Shown: piece by piece, positions 22,740 to 25,647 of the stretch
Layout: each line of letters begins with the position of its first letter
How positions within the stretch are numbered: the first letter of the stretch is position 1
NCBI GenBank assembly: GCA_014381785.1
Contig: JACNKZ010000074.1
Coordinates: 1 to 25,647 of the forward strand
Reading direction: 5' to 3'
DNA: 25,647 nucleotides
Source: Kiritimatiellota bacterium
GTDB lineage: Bacteria > Verrucomicrobiota > Kiritimatiellia > Kiritimatiellales > Tichowtungiaceae
The notes under the pieces: model-generated
Databases searched by the model: none
Told to the model about the DNA's origin: nothing
The model's input: the letters and a program-made list of their open reading frames with translations, nothing else
Position numbers and translations under genes: made by a program

Positions 22740-23807
22740 TTAAAAATCGACCCGAAGGAGCGGACAGGAGCTGAAGCGGGCTTCTTGAACCGTATTCAGC
22801 AGGCCGATCTGCACGCCTTCCAGGCGCGAACAGTGGTTAATTAGGCCGATCTGTACGCCGTGTACGCTCTGGGCGTGGTTGTAAAGGACAGAGGCCTGCA
22901 CCCCTCTGGCATGTTCGAACACATAATTCCACAGAAGGGAGCCCTGCAGCCCGTTGAGCGAGCCCGCCATGGTACTGGCAATCCCGAGCTGAACGCCGTC
23001 GGCTTCGCCGATTACATTCGCCGCGATTCCGGCCAGCTGAAGCCCGCTGTTCATTTCGCCGGCTTCCGCTAAAATCAGGGAGCCTTGAAGCAGGCCGTTG
23101 CCTTCCAGTTCGGACTTCGCCATTAGGCCGCCGAGCTGGATGCCTTGGGTGCGCTTGGACCGTGCGGTCAGTCCGCCAAGCTGAATGCCGCGCAGATCGC
23201 GCGCCTGGGCAAACAGCAGAGCTAGCTGAATGCCGTTGGCGTCGAGTTCTGCCTCGCTAAAGATTCCGCCGAGCTGGATGCCGCCCAGATTTTCCGCGCG
23301 GGCCTCGTAGAGACCGGCTTGCAGGCCGTTCATCCGGGCGTTGTTTTCTACCGATTGCGACAGGGCGGAAAGCCCTCCAATTTGAAACCCGTTAACACCA
23401 CGCGCTTTGCCGAGCAGGCCGGTTAGCTGCATGCCGGCTACATCTTCTGCATCGGTTGTGACCGTGGCGAACTGGAAGCCGCCCACGTTTTTGGTTCCAC
23501 TGCTCCAGCCGGCGATTTGAATTCCGCCAAAATGATAGGTTTCTGCGCGATAGAGCGCCAGCTGCAGCCCGCCGGCGTCTTCTGAAGCATTCCAGAATCC
23601 GAGGTCGATCCCGTACATATAGCGGTTATCCACAAAATAGCAGTTCAAGCGAAGGCCGTGCACGCCGTACTCTTCCGGGAAGAGGTAGTGAGCTTCATCG
23701 ACCCCCAGTTGGAACGGGGTGCTTACGTGGGTGATGGTTTCTTCAGCCGGTATCGCTGCAAAAACAGAGGATGCCGCCAGCACGAGAAGAAGGAGCGTCT
23801 TTTTCAT
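22740..23807 (-). CDS. Secreted/surface repeat protein with about 19 G-[IVLFM]-Q-[LIFA]-[GA] units
   Basis: Signal peptide MKKTLLLLVLAASSVFA. Motifs GGLQLAL, GGIQIAG, GGFQFAT, NGFQIGG, GGIQLGG, RGIQLGG, QGIQLGG, DGVQLGI, HGVQIGL, EGVQIGL etc. then recur every 16-22 aa. Function unknown. Confidence 0.75.
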   Translation of the reverse strand: MKKTLLLLVLAASSVFAAIPAEETITHVSTPFQLGVDEAHYLFPEEYGVHGLRLNCYFVDNRYMYGIDLGFWNASEDAGGLQLALYRAETYHFGGIQIAGWSSGTKNVGGFQFATVTTDAEDVAGMQLTGLLGKARGVNGFQIGGLSALSQSVENNARMNGLQAGLYEARAENLGGIQLGGIFSEAELDANGIQLALLFAQARDLRGIQLGGLTARSKRTQGIQLGGLMAKSELEGNGLLQGSLILAEAGEMNSGLQLAGIAANVIGEADGVQLGIASTMAGSLNGLQGSLLWNYVFEHARGVQASVLYNHAQSVHGVQIGLINHCSRLEGVQIGLLNTVQEARFSSCPLLRVDF

Positions 23808-23880
23808 AATAACGGTTTCTATCACGCTCTCCGTGTGCCCACCAAGCCAAACCTTGAGTGAAGCGCTGTGGATTTCGGGG

Positions 23881-24043
23881 TTCCAAGGGTTGGGCTCTGC
23901 GTTGCCAGAGGGCGATGCAGGTCAAGAAAAGAAAAGGAGCCGCCATGCTATGGCTTCCAATGTCTGGAAAAAATGTGCTAGCTTCGCTCCGGATTTTTCC
24001 AAGGGCTGGAAAAAAAGGTATGAAATTTTTCCAATGGTTGGAA
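23881..24043. repeat. Array of four iterated palindromes in the repeat-protein/nadB divergent spacer
   Basis: 23881-23895 TTCCAAGGGTTGGGC (2 mismatches). 23955-23969 TTCCAATGTCTGGAA (1). 23997-24011 TTCCAAGGGCTGGAA (1). 24029-24043 TTCCAATGGTTGGAA (perfect, 11 nt before the nadB ATG). Confidence 0.9.
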
Positions 24044-24054
24044 CTTGTCAGAAG

Positions 24055-25647
24055 ATGAGAACACAAGACACAGATTTTTTGATTGTCGGCAGCGGGCTGG
24101 CCGGACTGACGGCCGCGCTGAGCCTCAGTGCTCACGGGCGGGTTTTGCTGGCATCGAAGAAAGAAGCCGAGGAGGGCAATACCCGCTATGCGCAGGGCGG
24201 CATCTCCTGCGTAATGGATCCGTCGGACTCCATGGCCGAGCATGTGGCGGACACGCTGCAGACCGGCAACGGTCTTAGTGAAGAAGCGGCGGTTCAGGCG
24301 ATTGTGGAGGACGGCCCGGCGCGCATTGCCGAGCTGGAGGCGGTCGGCGTTCGGTTTGAGCATTGTGCGGATAAGCCGGAGGAATATGACCTTGGGCAGG
24401 AGGGCGGTCATTCGCGCCGCCGCGTGCTGCATGCCGGGGATGTGACCGGCGGTGAATTGAGTGATCGTCTGCTTGAACGCGCCCGAGCCGACAAAAATAT
24501 CACGCTGATCGAGAATTGGATCGCGATTGACGTGGTGCCGACCGGCTGGGTCGGCCTGCCCGGCGAAAACCGGTGCGTCGGCTGTTATTTTCTGAACAAG
24601 GCGGATAATGAGATTCTCGCCGTGCGCGCTTCGGCCACTATTCTGGCGACGGGCGGGCTGGGCAAAGTCTACCTCTACACCTCGAATCCGGATGTTGCCA
24701 CCGGCGACGGCGTGGCGATGGCCTGGCGGGCCGGCCTGCCCATTCGCGACATGGAGTTTGTGCAGTTCCACCCCACCTGTCTGTATCACCCGGCGGCCAA
24801 AACGTTCCTGATTTCGGAAGCGGTGCGCGGCGAGGGAGCCAAGCTGATCGACCGGCGCGGGCATGAATTTGTTTATGACTTTGATGACCGCGGCGCGCTC
24901 GCCCCGCGCGACATCACCGCCCGCGCCATCGACTCGGTGATGAAGCGCCGCGGCGATCCGTTTGTTTATCTCGACATCTCACACCGCGACGCGGACTTTC
25001 TGCAGCAGCGCTTCCCCACGCTTTATAAAACCTGCCTGCAGTTCGGTTTCGATATGGCCCGCGCGCCGGTGCCGGTGGTGCCCGCCGCTCACTATTCCTG
25101 CGGCGGCGTTGTGGCGGATGTGGACGGGACCACCGAAATGCCCGGGCTTTACGCCATTGGCGAGGTGGCCTCCACCGGTCTGCACGGCGCCAACCGGCTG
25201 GCGAGCAATTCGCTACTCGAAGCGGCCGTCTGCGGGCACCGCTGCGCCGAAAAAATTGCCAAAGAGTGGCGTGTCCGCCATAGCTCTTCGAGCGACGGCG
25301 GAAAAAACAATCCGGCGGACGGGGTTGAGATTCCGGCCTGGACTCCCGGCGAGGCGGTCTCAAGCGAAGACGCCGTTGTGGTGGAGCACGACTGGAACGA
25401 AGTGCGCGCCGTGATGTGGGACTACGTCGGCATCGTTCGTTCTGACCGCCGCCTCAAGCGTGCACGCCGCCGTATCCACACCATCCGTGAAGAGGTGGCC
25501 CACTATTATAAGGAATATCTGGTGACGGCTGACCTGATCGAGCTGCGCAACCTCGCCGCCGTGGCCGAGCTGATCATCCGTTCCGCCCAACGCCGCAAAG
25601 AGAGCCGCGGCCTGCACTATAATGAGGACTGGCCGGAAAAAAATGCG
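24055..25647 (+). CDS. nadB: L-aspartate oxidase (partial, continues past window end)
   Basis: The frame from the ATG at 24055 is open to the window end (531 codons) and is not in the ORF track. MRTQDTDFLIVGSGLAGLTAAL FAD motif, HYSCGGV, GEVASTGLHGANRLASNSLLE, RKESRGLHY. Confidence 0.93.
   Translation, partial: MRTQDTDFLIVGSGLAGLTAALSLSAHGRVLLASKKEAEEGNTRYAQGGISCVMDPSDSMAEHVADTLQTGNGLSEEAAVQAIVEDGPARIAELEAVGVRFEHCADKPEEYDLGQEGGHSRRRVLHAGDVTGGELSDRLLERARADKNITLIENWIAIDVVPTGWVGLPGENRCVGCYFLNKADNEILAVRASATILATGGLGKVYLYTSNPDVATGDGVAMAWRAGLPIRDMEFVQFHPTCLYHPAAKTFLISEAVRGEGAKLIDRRGHEFVYDFDDRGALAPRDITARAIDSVMKRRGDPFVYLDISHRDADFLQQRFPTLYKTCLQFGFDMARAPVPVVPAAHYSCGGVVADVDGTTEMPGLYAIGEVASTGLHGANRLASNSLLEAAVCGHRCAEKIAKEWRVRHSSSSDGGKNNPADGVEIPAWTPGEAVSSEDAVVVEHDWNEVRAVMWDYVGIVRSDRRLKRARRRIHTIREEVAHYYKEYLVTADLIELRNLAAVAELIIRSAQRRKESRGLHYNEDWPEKNA

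Overview
This is a GC-rich (roughly 60% by eye) bacterial chromosomal segment, densely coded and mostly housekeeping. I saw no rRNA, CRISPR array, transposase, integrase or phage genes.

**Gene order**
- comM/yifB-like 5' fragment (-)
- small antitoxin-like ORF (+)
- UvrD/PcrA-type helicase (-)
- tandem-wHTH ArsR-like regulator (+)
- YihY/BrkB membrane protein (-)
- small conserved ORF (+) and GNAT (+)
- pgsA, RodZ-like and ftsK (-)
- SAM methyltransferase (-)
- ferritin-like protein (+)
- membrane protein (-) and U32 peptidase (-)
- tspO, CPBP protease and DUF3820 (+)
- yjdM/phnA (-) and tsaD (-)
- GxxExxY protein (-) and S41 C-terminal processing peptidase (-)
- thiE-thiH-thiG-thiS (-), under a TPP riboswitch with its own terminator
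- tRNA-Glu(UUC) (+)
- fabI (-)
- secreted G-x-Q-x-G repeat protein (-)
- nadB (+, runs off the window)

**Repeat layer.** The unusual content is not a gene cluster but a set of short DNA repeats.
1. A 15-bp palindrome, TTCCAA-N3-TTGGAA, usually flanked by a T-run and an A-run.
   - There are 13 perfect copies and about 10 near copies, against far fewer than one expected by chance.
   - Copies lie in intergenic DNA and inside CDSs in all three reading frames.
   - Pairs recur at 31-32 bp centre-to-centre spacing.
   - A copy sits 10-14 nt upstream of five start codons.
2. A 430-bp cassette carrying the GxxExxY (PD-(D/E)XK-like) gene, bounded by 27-bp inverted repeats made of three 10-bp units.
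3. A second, GC-rich hairpin family (AAAGTGG + CAGnC palindrome), found as inverted pairs.
4. Several short tandem-repeat modules sitting on or just upstream of start codons.

**Limits.** All coordinates, translations and family assignments were done by eye and from memory of protein families. No searches were run.
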